Origin: Octopus sinensis
Lineage: Eukaryota
Assembly: GCF_006345805.1 (NCBI RefSeq)
Contig: NC_042997.1
Location: forward strand, 84,630,001-84,694,000
Reading direction: 5' to 3'
DNA: 64,000 nucleotides
Shown here: positions 53,075 to 64,000 of the stretch, one piece after another
Numbering within the stretch: position 1 is the first letter of the stretch
Layout: every line of letters begins with the position of its first letter
The notes under the pieces: model-generated
Seen by the model: only the letters and a program-made list of their open reading frames with translations
Databases searched by the model: none
Told to the model about the DNA's origin: nothing
Program-made: the position numbers and the translations under genes

Positions 53075-53430
53075 TCCGGATTCTACCTTTGTTCCCATTG
53101 CAAACCAATCCATTTTTCATCATCATCACCTCCAATATAGGATCCAACCACTGCACATTTCCTTCACCTGAACCACCACAAGCATCAGCTATTTCCTTAA
53201 ATGCAACATCTTGAATATCGAACAATCCAACCGCCGTTTAACTGACCAATTCAGGAAATGCTTCACGACAACCGGTTCAAAAACCAGTTTTCGGTCTCTT
53301 GCTATTGCCGTTCTGTGGACCATAGCATGTTTCGCTTAGACATAAGATCTGCGAACAGCGGGCTTCATTTATTTTTCCATTCATCTCTACATCTCTTTAG
53401 GTTGCAATAGTTTAAACGGAACATGAACAA
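53075..53430 (+). mobile_element. Penelope-like element remnant: GIY-YIG endonuclease region, decayed
   Basis: ISFT*TTTSISY..CNILNIEQSNRRLTDQFRK aligns by eye with the PLE motif FTC.S.N.IY...C..C...YIG.T.RRL.DRF.EH, and is preceded by a Cys/His-rich linker remnant. Confidence 0.6.
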
Positions 53431-54221
53431 TATTAAACTCATCAGTCTGGGAGTACCTGCAAAGATCACGGGCTACACCCTTTCCCCCAAACTCAGCAAG
53501 TATAAGAAAGGAAAACATGCAAAATATCATATGGCATTAAAACTCCCAGTCGTCTGAGAAACGTGACCGGTAATATGAACCATAATGAACGAGTTAGGGC
53601 GGCGAGCTTGCTCAATCATTTGAGTGTTCGAAAAGTACTTCAATGTATCTCTTCCAGTTCTTTACGTTCCAGGTTCCAATCACCCCAGGATCAACTTTAC
53701 TTTTCATCCTCCCGTGGTCGTTGAAATAAAGTATCAATTATGTACTAGAAGCGATGCTGCCTAACTATTTTCCATACCTACAAAATTGCTGGCATTGCGC
53801 CTAAATCAGAAACCATTATAAAAAGAATTACTATTGAAAGAGTCAGCAAAAACTGCCACTTTTAATTTTGAGATTTTGAGATTTTATTTTTATGTAGAAG
53901 TCTCGTGAGCTCAGAATTACTAACACCGTAGTATGCATGAACGAGGAAATCACTGCATAGCTACTCTACCTAATTTGGGTAAATATCAAATATCACTTAA
54001 ATTACACCCTAGTATTTTGAAAGGGGAGTCCAACAAAAACAAAAGAAAATATAAAACGGATGATCACGGCTTGAATGCTTTCGATTGTAGGTACGCTCAA
54101 TTAGAGCCGATTGAGAGTTAAACACCAGCAACTCACAACTATCATCCACTTAAAAAGTATCACTAAATCGCCAATACCATTTTCACACGTTTCTGTCTTC
54201 GTCTGTGATAGTCTTCAAATT

Positions 54222-54388
54222 TTGGCACAAGGCCAGTAATTTTTGGGTAGAGGGTAAGTCGATTACATTGACCACGAAACGATGAAAGGCAAAATCAACC
54301 TCGGCGGAATTTGAACACAGGCCGTAAAAACGGACGAAAAGCCGATAAATACTTTGCTCGGCGTGCTAACGACTCTGCCATCTCCCCA
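54222..54388 (-). mobile_element. tRNA-derived SINE (GGCGGCGAGCTGGCAG-head family), internally deleted
   Basis: GGCACAAGGCCAG..GTCGATTACATTGACC..GATGAAAGGCAAAATCAACCTCGGCGGAATTTGAAC..CGGCGTGCTAACGACTCTGCCA. Confidence 0.8.
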
Positions 54389-55094
54389 CCATCGCGTTTA
54401 TGTATATATTAAATACATTCTTCTCAAATAAAATTTTTGTTCAAAACATAACTTAATGATTAAGTTGTAATATATTTTTTTATCAATCATAATAACTAAA
54501 TATTTAATGAAATTTGCGAAACAAGAAACGTAGTTGCTATTATCCTTTATAAACTATGTAGTATTAAATATAGTTCCCACTGGAGATGCTTTTATATATA
54601 AAAGAACAGATGTTCGATTGAATCAATAAAGTGTGCGTGGTAGAAGCATCTCAATTTATGAGATAATTATTCAGATTTTTCAGAAAGAAATAATAAAATA
54701 AAGATACCTTTTGTACATAAAAATACCAATAAATTTATAACTTTAAAATTAAAACTGCTCAAATGCTATAAATGTTTGGTATTTTGAAATATTCAATAAG
54801 CAGATTGCATTAATATGGAAGTACAAGTTTGTTTTAGTACTAACTATAATATCAACATGAACCTACCTTCGGTTTTTAAAAATAAATTACATGATTTAAA
54901 TCATGTTGTATACCTCAGTATTCCTTACGGACGATAGGTGGAGCAGTCCTCATTCCCAAAAGATGGAGGCAGGTTTCTCAAGGAGTGGAGGACTGGAAAA
55001 ATAGAAAGACAAATTACTGTTTAATAAAATAACGATAATTTATTTTCTTTAAACTTATCCAATACTGTGATGAAGAAAGAAAAATTATATTATG

Positions 55095-55503
55095 TTGAGC
55101 TGGAAGACTCATTAGCACGACGGACAAAATGGTTTAGCAATTTCTCCCGACTCTCTACGTTGTAAATTTAAACCCCGTTGAGGACAACATTGTTTTTCCA
55201 CCGTTCGGGTTCGATAACATATGTACCAGCTGAGAACTGGTGCAATGCATATCAAATAACCACTTTCCCTCAAACTTGTTGGCCTTGCCTCAAAATGTGA
55301 AACCTTTGTGAGTTGGTAGAATCGTCAGTGCGCCCGAAAAATTTTTTAGCGGCATTTCTTCTGATTCTTTACGTTCTCAGCTCAAATCTCGCCGAGGACA
55401 ACTTTGCTTTTGTTCCTTTCGAGGTCGATAAAGTGAAGTCCTGGGGTAGATGTAATGGGGTTAAGCCTCTCAAAATTGCTGGCTTTACCCCAAAATTTGA
55501 AAC
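55095..55503 (+). mobile_element. Two tandem diverged SINE copies (55095-55305 and 55312-55503)
   Basis: Each runs GAG(C/T)TGG.AGA.TC.TTAG..TTTACGTT..GAGGACAAC.TTG..TCGATAA..GGC(C/T)TT..AAA(A/T)(T/G)TGAAAC. Confidence 0.7.
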
Positions 55504-55748
55504 TGTTGATAAAGAGGAGGAAGGTCAATAAATTTCACTAAATTATTTTTGAGATATGTAAGTTTGGGTGTGTTGCTATTTTCCAATTAAAGAATCGCTG
55601 AAATAGTTTGTAATAATTAATATATTATGTAATTATATACATTTATAAAGTTCATAATTAATTTCGTCATTTCTACTTAAAATTATTTCGCCTCATCCCT
55701 CACCCTAAAGTTAAAACTGCTTGCAGCACTAATGATGCCATTCCAACC

Positions 55749-55782
<34 letters not shown>

Positions 55783-55991
55783 TCAGCAATACTGCTACAT
55801 CACTGCAAAGCCCCACCGTCTACAACTTCAACTCAGTCACATAGCTAAATATTTATGTATTTATTTATCTATTTCCGTGACGGTAGTCTCCGATCGGTAC
55901 CTGACGTCATGACACCACCTTCGGCATTGTTTGTTTTGGTTTTTGTTTTTATTTCGTTTAACCGGAACTTACTAATCGATCGCTTATCTTT

Positions 55992-55994
<3 letters not shown>

Positions 55995-56046
<52 letters not shown>

Positions 56047-56388
56047 ATAGCAGCAAAACTATATCTCACCCTTCTCACCCGACCCGTTATATAAACCTGC
56101 ATTTCCTTCGCCTTACTCATCATCTTCACCACCTAAACCCTCTGCCGACTAACCGCCACTACTACAGCTGCTGCTGTCGCCACCACCATGTTCAACATTA
56201 ATACATGTCACCATCGCCATCACCAACCTTTATCGGTTCACCATTATAACTAACACAAGCGCATACATACATTCAGACAGACAGACAGACAGAAAGACTC
56301 ACAGACATGCACACATATGTGTGTGCATGTATGTGCGTGTGTGGGGGTATATACAGACAAATACACACACATATATATGTATATATAT

Positions 56389-56433
<45 letters not shown>

Positions 56434-56460
56434 AGAGAGAGAGAGAGAGAGAGAGATAGT

Positions 56461-56520
<60 letters not shown>
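55995..56520. repeat. (GA)n at 55995-56046 and (TA)n-(GA)n-(GATA)n at 56380-56520
   Basis: Direct reading. Confidence 0.9.
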
Positions 56521-56521
<1 letters not shown>

Positions 56522-56952
56522 GTACACACTCGCAGCCACACATGCAGATATATATGTATATTTCAATCTATCTATCTATCTACCTCAATCTCTCTTTCCC
56601 TTCACCCTCTCACACACACACATACACACAATTTCCAGTACCACCGGCACCACCGGCACCACCAGCACCACTCAATTTCGTTTGTTTCTTTGTGGAAACA
56701 GCAATGAACAAAGCTGGTAGCGACATCGCAGCATAGTTTACTATTGAACCGTCACCACTACAAACATTAACAACACAAATAACCACACCGTCATACCGCA
56801 ACACCAATAAGCCAAGCTAAAAATTGAGCCTCTACGTGGTGCTTACCTACTAGAAATAGCAGTCTTATCTCACTCAAATCACAACGTAACAACAGAAAAA
56901 TTGGAGACGTCTAACAAAAAGAAGCGAGTTAAATAAGGTGCCTGTACGTGGT

Positions 56953-57122
56953 CAGTGGCGTAGCTAAACGTGTGTGCTGCCTGGGGCAGCCCTTGGGTTT
57001 GCCGCACCTTCTTGGGCTCTCAAGCTATTACGGGCTTATACAGGAAACTTAAAACTACCGTCCTTGTGAAGGAGTCCGGGGTCAATCGTCCTTCCTCACC
57101 CTTATTCGCCGCTACGCTACTG
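56953..57122. mobile_element. hAT-superfamily MITE (170 bp)
   Basis: TIRs CAGTGGCGTAGC and GCTACGCTACTG (11/12). 8-bp target duplication TACGTGGT (56945-56952) and TAGGTGGT (57123-57130), 7/8. Confidence 0.8.
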
Positions 57123-57523
57123 TAGGTGGTATCTCGGTCTGTTAATAATAGCAGCTACGGCAATGAAGTTTTAAAGTTCCAGTACTAGGAGGGTTCAAAA
57201 TAGCAGAGATGTTAGTACGTAGAAACAAATGATTTGCAGTATTTGTTACGGCTCGCTGCGCTGTGATTTCGAATCTCTCCGACGTTAACTTAACTTTTGG
57301 GGGACTATAAGCCAAAGAATCAGCTCAAGGCAGTGGTTTGCCATACTGTTAGAAAATCGAACCTTGTATTGTTTGCCCTTGTTTTCTGGCTTTTAGTGGG
57401 ATTAGTTCGATGCCCAGTTTACCACCGCCGTGTGTTCCTTGGATACTTTTATGTGGTTTCACTCGAATGCATGCATTTATATCCAACGGTCTAAAGAAAT
57501 GATTTGCTACATAATAATGTCCT

Positions 57524-57838
57524 GGAGCGTAGCTAATTAGTTCGGGTATTCGCCTCACGATCGTAGGGCTGTGAGTTCGATTCCCGGTAGGTCGTTGTGT
57601 CCCTGAGCAAGACACTTTCTTTCACATTGCTCCACTCCACTCAGTTGGCAAAAATGAGCAGTACCTGTATTTCAAATTCTTGTCACACTCTGTATAAGGC
57701 TGACTCTCCTTGAGAACTACGTTAAGGGTTCACATGTCTGTGGGGTGCTCAGTCACATGCACGTTAATTTCACGAGCAGGCTGTTCCGTTGATTGAATCA
57801 ACTGGAACCCTCATCGTTGTAAGCGACGGAGTGCCAGT
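57524..57838 (+). mobile_element. Full-length tRNA-derived SINE
   Basis: Head GGGTATTCGCCTCACGATCGTAGGGCTGTGAGTTCGATTCCC with B-box, body CCTGAGCAAGACAC, tail AAGCGACGGAGTGCCA. Confidence 0.85.
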
Positions 57839-59149
57839 TAGAGTTATATGTAATAATGTCCTGAGTTCCCTGTTCTTAGGGGAAAATTTGATGGTCACGG
57901 CTGGAATTCTTTTGATTATATGTCCGATAGACCAGGACTGACTTAGGGCTAAACAACAATGACAACAATAATGCCCACTAATTCAACAACAGAGCCTTTA
58001 TATAGTCATCGGCCAGTAAGAAATAGCAACCAAATCTCACTCAAATTACATCCTATAAAAGAGCATCTTGAGAAAATGTGTTCCTACGCTCTCTGTACGT
58101 AGGGAGAAGATGAGATGATCACAGCTGGAATGTTTCTGATCATAGAGCTGCCACATCAGAGCTAAACGACGACAAGGATTCTCACAGATGGTAAGTAGAG
58201 GAGAAGAAGATGTATACTGTAGGCTTATGTGGAGGTGGTATATAACCTGCTAATTCGGAGGATCAACAGCAACAGTCGTTGTAGTAGTGGTGGATGGAAT
58301 TGTGCGTGTGTAAGTAAATGGTCATAGCATATTGGTGAATAAGTCTTTACCAGTGAACCGAATAGCTTTCTTTTAAATGCAATGTTGTATAGCTGTACGT
58401 GTTACAGTATCAACATTCCAACCTGAGGTTCACTAAAATATTGTTAGACGTCAGCAACAGGATCTGGAAGAATAAATGTAGCATTTTGAATGCGGTTTTG
58501 TAAACAGTACAAACATGACAAAAATTTTAGCAGCATCAACTTTTGCTTGGGATTGAAAACACTTCCTATGAAGAATGATACAATTCATTTTACAAAAAAA
58601 AAAACGTACCAAGGATGGAATTACAAAACCTGCAAGTGAAGTAATACAGAAAGAGGAAAAGGTGCAGTTCCTTCAGTTAAAATATATACTGAGAAAGAAC
58701 GTCTGGTCATTCATGACCAATTACTTAATGCATTCATGAATGTTTTAGAATGCCTGGCTTTTCACATTTAAATCTGACCATCACAAACTTAATTAAAGCA
58801 GATGTGTTACTAGGTTAAATGAAATAATATATGAGTAGACAATAATACTTAATTACTACAGTCAATACACTAAGTTAAATGAAATAATATATGCAGCAGC
58901 CTCTCTAGTTAGAAAGAACTGTTGGAATTCTCTCAGGTTCAATCATATAACAATATCAAAATTCAAGGAATAATACAGGAAATAACCATAATAAAAATAT
59001 AGAAAATAAGAGAAAGCATCAGCTCTTAATCCTTAAACTATAATAATAGTCAACGAAATGCTAAAGTTCAGTTGCGAAAAGACATGGAGCTATCGCGGAT
59101 TCATCAAAATCAAAGATGCTTAATAGCAAATTTTGTAGTAGTAAGTTGC

Positions 59150-62100
59150 AGAAAGTGAACATTGCGAAAGCTGGTTAATGTCATGAAGTGCCCTGATCAT
59201 TCTTAGGTTGTTCTTCAATTAGGAAATAGTTTTTTTTGTGATGGGTCTTGACAACAATATCTTGCCATTTAAACTTACTCTTTCTAAGTGAGAGGATTAT
59301 ATATCCTAAACTCCAAGACTTAGTGTAAAGTTACTTTGTCATTTTCTGAGATATTTTGTTGTGTATACATGTTCCACTTCTATTGGTATTGGCATAACTT
59401 TCAGTATATTAAGGTCACAATTCTACCACACCTGTAGCTGATTGTTTTTGCGTAAGTAAATCTGGGCAGCCAGAGACAATGCAGTTAATTGTTTCTTCCC
59501 AACTTTACACTCTAAATATTTAATGTATTGCAATTACTTCATTCATTAAATACTTTAATTTTAAACTACAATCGACAATCTTTAAGTCTTGCCGGCGGGT
59601 CTGAACACTTCAGCTCGTGTTGCAATCTTTCTTTGTTTATTTCAACGTCATTCAGTTCTTTCAAACATTGGACACGCAGAAGCATTTTTCTCGATTCAAC
59701 TTTTCAGGTTTTCCATTATTCTTTTTGTTGTTTTTCGCTTTCCCTTATAGACTCTCATTTCATCCTGTTTTATTTTGGTTTCATTCCTTGAAGATAGGAA
59801 AGAGTAATATTTCTTTTTGTTCGTAATTGGTAGCATGGTATACTAGTTTTTTTTCCTTATTCTGTATTTTTGTGTATTTGCAGTGGATGTTTGATCATTT
59901 TCTATTTGCTTAAGTTCTCTACCTCCATGAATTGGAAGTAGATATTTGGTTGGCCAAACAGTCCATTCGGTTTTTGTCGACACCAAACGTCAAGCACTCT
60001 AGTAAGTAGCTAACTTCAGTTTGTCATTTGAACATGCAGACTCGTTAGGTACTTGACACTTCAACGTAATTCAATGCGAACTTGCGACGAGATAGGTTGT
60101 ATTTTGTGTGCTTAGGACCACCCAGAAAATGGTGAACCAAGAAGAACATTATCAGTACCTCATGTCTTTTTATTTTTAGGAATGGAAGTAAGTGGCGGAA
60201 ACATGCAGGAAAATATATGCTTTCGGGGAGGATGCTGTTACGGAACATCTGTGCCAGAATTGGTGTACAAAATTTCGATAGGAAAAAATTTCGCTTCAAG
60301 CTGTACCTCGATCTGGCCGACTAAGATTAACATAGCTAAAATGAAAGAGTTAGTCGACACAAAGCCCAACTATACGATCAGAATGATTTCAGATATTCCC
60401 CAAATATCCAAATCGAGTGTTGAAAACCGTGTGCATCAATTTAAATCAGCAGTCTCGATGTTTTGGTCTCACATCAAGTGAGTGATGTTAACTTCCTCCA
60501 ATGAATTTCCATCAGCGATTTGTTCCAGAAACGATCATTTTTGAAGAGAATTGTAACAGGGAACAAACAATGAACTGTCTATAACAATGTCAAGTGCAAG
60601 CAATCATGAGCGAAGTGCAGGGAGCCACCACAAACAAACTCCAAAACGGAATTTCATGTGAAGATTTCAATTTGAACAAGACCATCAATTTGGATGCATA
60701 GTGTGACTAGCTGGACAAATTAAACGCAGCAATCTACCATAAGCGTCCAGGCATTGTCTTTCATCACGAGAATGCCAAACCGCACACATCTTTTCAGGCG
60801 TAACAGAAGTAACTGGCGCTTGTCTGGGAAGCTATGCCACACCCTTCATATTTTCTCTCTTCAAAATTCATTGAACTCTGAAAAACATGTGAAAATTCAT
60901 CTGGAAGAGATTTTCGCCAGTAAAATCAAAGAAATTCATTGAGCAAGGAACAATGGACCTGCCAACAATATGGCGGAAGAGGAGACTGAGACGAAACGGA
61001 AATTATATCAGTGATTGAAGAAGTCACTTTGTGTTTAACACTTGTGTCTTATTTTCACTGAAAAGAACCTAACAGAGTTTTTGATCAACCAGATATAATC
61101 TCTGTGTATCAGATTTTAGGTAGTATATTCCAGAACATTTTTTTTTTGCCCGCGGTTCTACTCTTGAAAGTTACAGGGGTCTGAAGAGTAGTGAAACCTA
61201 ATACGTCTTTTTATGCAGTTATCTTAGTCTTAAGTATTAATCTAATGTGTTTGTAATATGTGTCTATAATATTTCTTCCTAGTCTTCTTTCACTTGTGTC
61301 AGTTTTACTGTATTTACTTCATTGATTTCTAAGTACTTGTAAATTTGTGTTAGGTGGAAATTTTATATCTTAGTTTCTTTATCTGGCTTGGAATTAGTGT
61401 TAGTGTTCTCGATTAATTTTTCATTTTCAAGATTCCCTTGACGCATTCTTCAAATCCGAATTTTATATCGATTCTTCTAGTAAAGCCAACGAGGGGCTAT
61501 AACAGAGTTTCTTGTTGTTTATTAACAACAGATAACAACTTGCGTTCTTCTAAATACAACAGATAGTCGATTGTCCTCCCATAGCATTTGTATCCGAATC
61601 CAGTCTCTTTTAATGTGTTAGCTAACGGCATTAATGAAGAGGGAAAAATTGAATGAAGAAAGTGAATCTCCTTGAAATATTCCCCTATTAATTCTTCCTC
61701 TTGTCTATAATGCAGAATTGTTTACCATTTATTCAGATCGTGTTTAATGTATTTGCTTATTATTATTATTGTTATCTAAGGCGGCGAGCTGGCAGAATTG
61801 TTACTGCGGCGAACAAAATGCTTCTGAGATCAAATTCCAGTTTGGTTACGTAATCGAGTCATTCATTTCAGGTGCTCTTATATTTCTGTAGTATTTCTAT
61901 CCCCTTTTGTCCAGATGCGTCATTTCACTACTGATTTCATTATAAAATAAAATAACTTGCCTCTTGTTTTATTTCTTTTTTGCATATTTGCTTTTCTATG
62001 ATTTACATATTCTTATATACGTAGATCTGAGCAAGTGTCCACCCTTCTCTTGTAACCACTTTATGAATACAATGACTGTTAAATATGTTATTTTGTCTTA

Positions 62101-62290
62101 CCTAGTGATATTAATTTTTCTGCCATCTTTGTTTTAATTGACCCTGTGATGGTCAGGTTTACATTTGGTATTTGTTGGTATTGAAAATATACTTTCTTAA
62201 AATAGCTTGTCTGTTGGATTTAAAATGTTACGTTTACATTCCGGTTATTTTCCCTCCATATTTAATGCCAATATATTCTACGTTTCGTTT
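59150..62290 (-). mobile_element. R4/Dong-type RLE LINE, long decayed fragment interrupted by a mariner and a SINE head
   Basis: In the expected order on the minus strand: GIFQGDSLS, YLLYLEE (decayed YxDD), DIKFGFEEC, YKYLEINE, PKSDTQRLY|LLPIHGGR, C..EETINCIVSGCP and QDIVVK..FLIE (PD..D endonuclease remnant). Confidence 0.8.
59945..61093 (+). mobile_element. Mariner DNA transposon, highly decayed, nested in the R4-type LINE
   Basis: Degenerate TIRs TTTGGTTGGCCAAA.. and ..TTTGATCAACCAGA with TA flanks. Transposase remnant 60129-61018: MVNQEEH, FGEDAV, PRSGR, FLKRIVTG, HKRPG..VFHHENAKPH, NGNYISD*. Confidence 0.85.
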
Positions 62291-62919
62291 CAACTTGAAG
62301 AGGGTATATAAGAAACGTGCAGTTGGTTCTTAAGGGCAAAGACGAGGCGAGGAAACCAACAGAGCTGCACACCTAACCTCAGGTTATTATCATAATACAG
62401 AAGTGTCATGTCCATAGATACTGTAACTAACCTCAACCCTTGTCTTTTTTTTACGATACAGTACGGGAAGATGGTACTCAACGCAGAGGCATGAAGCAAC
62501 GGAAATGTGGTCAGGTGAGGTTTGACCACGGATCTCTAGGTCCTGATGGCTGCCAAAGCTATTTATTGAGGGCGTGAAGAAAGTGTCGACCAGACGGATG
62601 GAGGAGAACAGAAGGCTCGATTGATGTATATATATGACAGTAAAGTTTTACTGACGATAAACATAAAGCCTTGAATGAAAACACGAGAAATACTGTGATG
62701 ACTGAAGAGATCAGTGACAAATTATATTAAACAGTAAATAATAGGCTATTAATGAAACTCATACCAAAACAGCCAAACGATTATTAACAGGGAAAATTTA
62801 GCTGCTTAAAGCATGCTGGAGATTCCTTGACTTGGTCCAAACTGATGTTGCGCACGGACAATTGAATATTTGTGGCCAGTAAAAATAAGATTTTTCTGTT
62901 ATCATTTTCGTCAATGATT

Positions 62920-63122
62920 CAGGGTGGTGGATTGACAAAACTTGGTTTACTGTATTTGTTCCGGATCTTTGCGCACTGAGTTCAAATACTCACCCAGGAA
63001 ATCAATTTCGCCTTCTGTTATTTCGGGATCGATGAACATGAATTACCAGTTAAATACTAGGGTCGACGGCTTCGGAAAATCTCTCCCACTCAAATTGCTG
63101 ACCTTGTGCCTAAATTAGAAGC
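62920..63122 (+). mobile_element. Old SINE copy (GGCGGCGAGCTGGCAG-head family)
   Basis: CTGAGTTCAAAT..TTCGCCTTC..TCGGGATCGATGAA..TACCAGTT..GGGTCGA..CTCAAATTGCTGACCTTGTGCCTAAATTAGAA. Confidence 0.6.
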
Positions 63123-64000
63123 AGCAATTATCATCAGTGTTATTGTTGTTATTGTCCCTATTCTTGTTGTTGCTATTCGGCACCATGTCAACCTTGGTTT
63201 TGCAAATCTAAGAATTAATATATTCAAGCTGTAACCATTTCACCAGTTTTTGAAGTATAATATATCTAGGGTTACGTCATCCTGGATATGTTTCCTTCTA
63301 TTTGAAGAGGTTAAGGATGAGGGAGATTTGGTTGCTATTTCCATCAGTAGAGTGGCTACATAAACTATTTCCATCAGTACAGTGTCCACCTGTCTTTTGG
63401 TAATGATATTTGTATTGCTGGTGGTGGTTGTGGTGGACTTCGCCTTTAGCTATTGTTGTTGGTATTGTTGTTGTTATTATTGTTGATAGTAGTAGTAGTA
63501 GTGGGGCTTAGTTTTTTCGTGAGTGTGGGGAGGACCCAGAATATTCATCGTCTGGTAGGAAGTTATTTATTCTTCTTTTTGTTATTTATTTTACCTTCCG
63601 TTGAGAGGTTTAAATCTTTCAGTGGTTACAATCTTGTATTGATTAAATATTGACTAGACAGTAGACATTCGGCAGTATGCAAAGATTTAAATATGGCTTT
63701 CCGATGTGGTTATGCAATGATAAACGAAGGAAACAACTAGCTATGAAAGCTTAGCGATAACATTTATTTTTCTATGAGAAAGTCGATTATCCGAGTTGAA
63801 TATTTTATTTTTATTTAATCCTTTTCGGTAATCTGTCGCCACTTCTATTCAGAGTGCTGGCATCAATATAATCTATATGGTTATCAGTTTTATAATATTT
63901 CATTCTATTAAGATGGCGACCATAAATGCAAGCTGGAATGATATGATATGTATATGTGAGGCGTGTATATTTTTATGTTTGTATGTGTATGTGTGTTTGT

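Noticed and set aside
55902-55970. Perfect CRE TGACGTCA, ETS-like CCGGAA and nearby (GA)n as a promoter
   Set aside because: Such short motifs are expected by chance in 64 kb, and no downstream gene was identified.
56636-56670. 9-bp repeats encoding PAPPAPPAP
   Set aside because: Embedded in low-complexity sequence next to microsatellites, with no splice or ORF support.
61180-61205. CTGAAGA-GTAGT-GAAA
   Set aside because: Only 5 nt for stem II, and it lies inside the R4-type LINE.
63910-63960. AAGATGGCG (YY1/start-codon-like) followed by MATINASWND
   Set aside because: An isolated motif at the window edge running into (TG)-rich sequence.

Overview
AT-rich, microsatellite-saturated eukaryotic non-coding DNA. 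The repeat families and the dense (TA)/(GATA)/(TATG)/(AAT) tracts look like an octopus (coleoid cephalopod) genome; this is inferred from the repeat landscape, not proven. I found no host protein-coding gene I can support, and most ORFs in the supplied track are microsatellite translations or antisense frames. Transposon relics: two decayed mariner elements (450-1704, 59945-61093), a mariner deletion derivative, two inverted Tc1 copies (19079-20347, 30845-32124), three R4/Dong-type RLE LINE fragments (one split by a mariner), an RTE LINE 3' end, a Penelope-like GIY-YIG remnant, hAT- and Tc1/mariner-type MITEs, and many tRNA-derived SINEs. The main signal is a set of small elements, unrelated in primary sequence and mostly next to (TA)n tracts, that carry minimal type-I hammerhead ribozyme (HHR) folds with a palindromic stem III. 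They are: (i) a 1.6-unit tandem repeat with two core-intact HHRs 477 nt apart (retrozyme-like, 41454-42233); (ii) an HHR whose C3-G8 core pair is swapped to G3-C8, at the centre of a 231-bp foldback (38628-38678); (iii) a head-to-head pair of tRNA-headed SINEs with HHR tails (10115-10817); (iv) further copies at 23576-23610 and 17830-17878. Together they suggest a cephalopod set of ribozyme-bearing non-autonomous retroelements mobilised by Penelope-like elements. Catalytic activity is untested, and all folds were done by eye.
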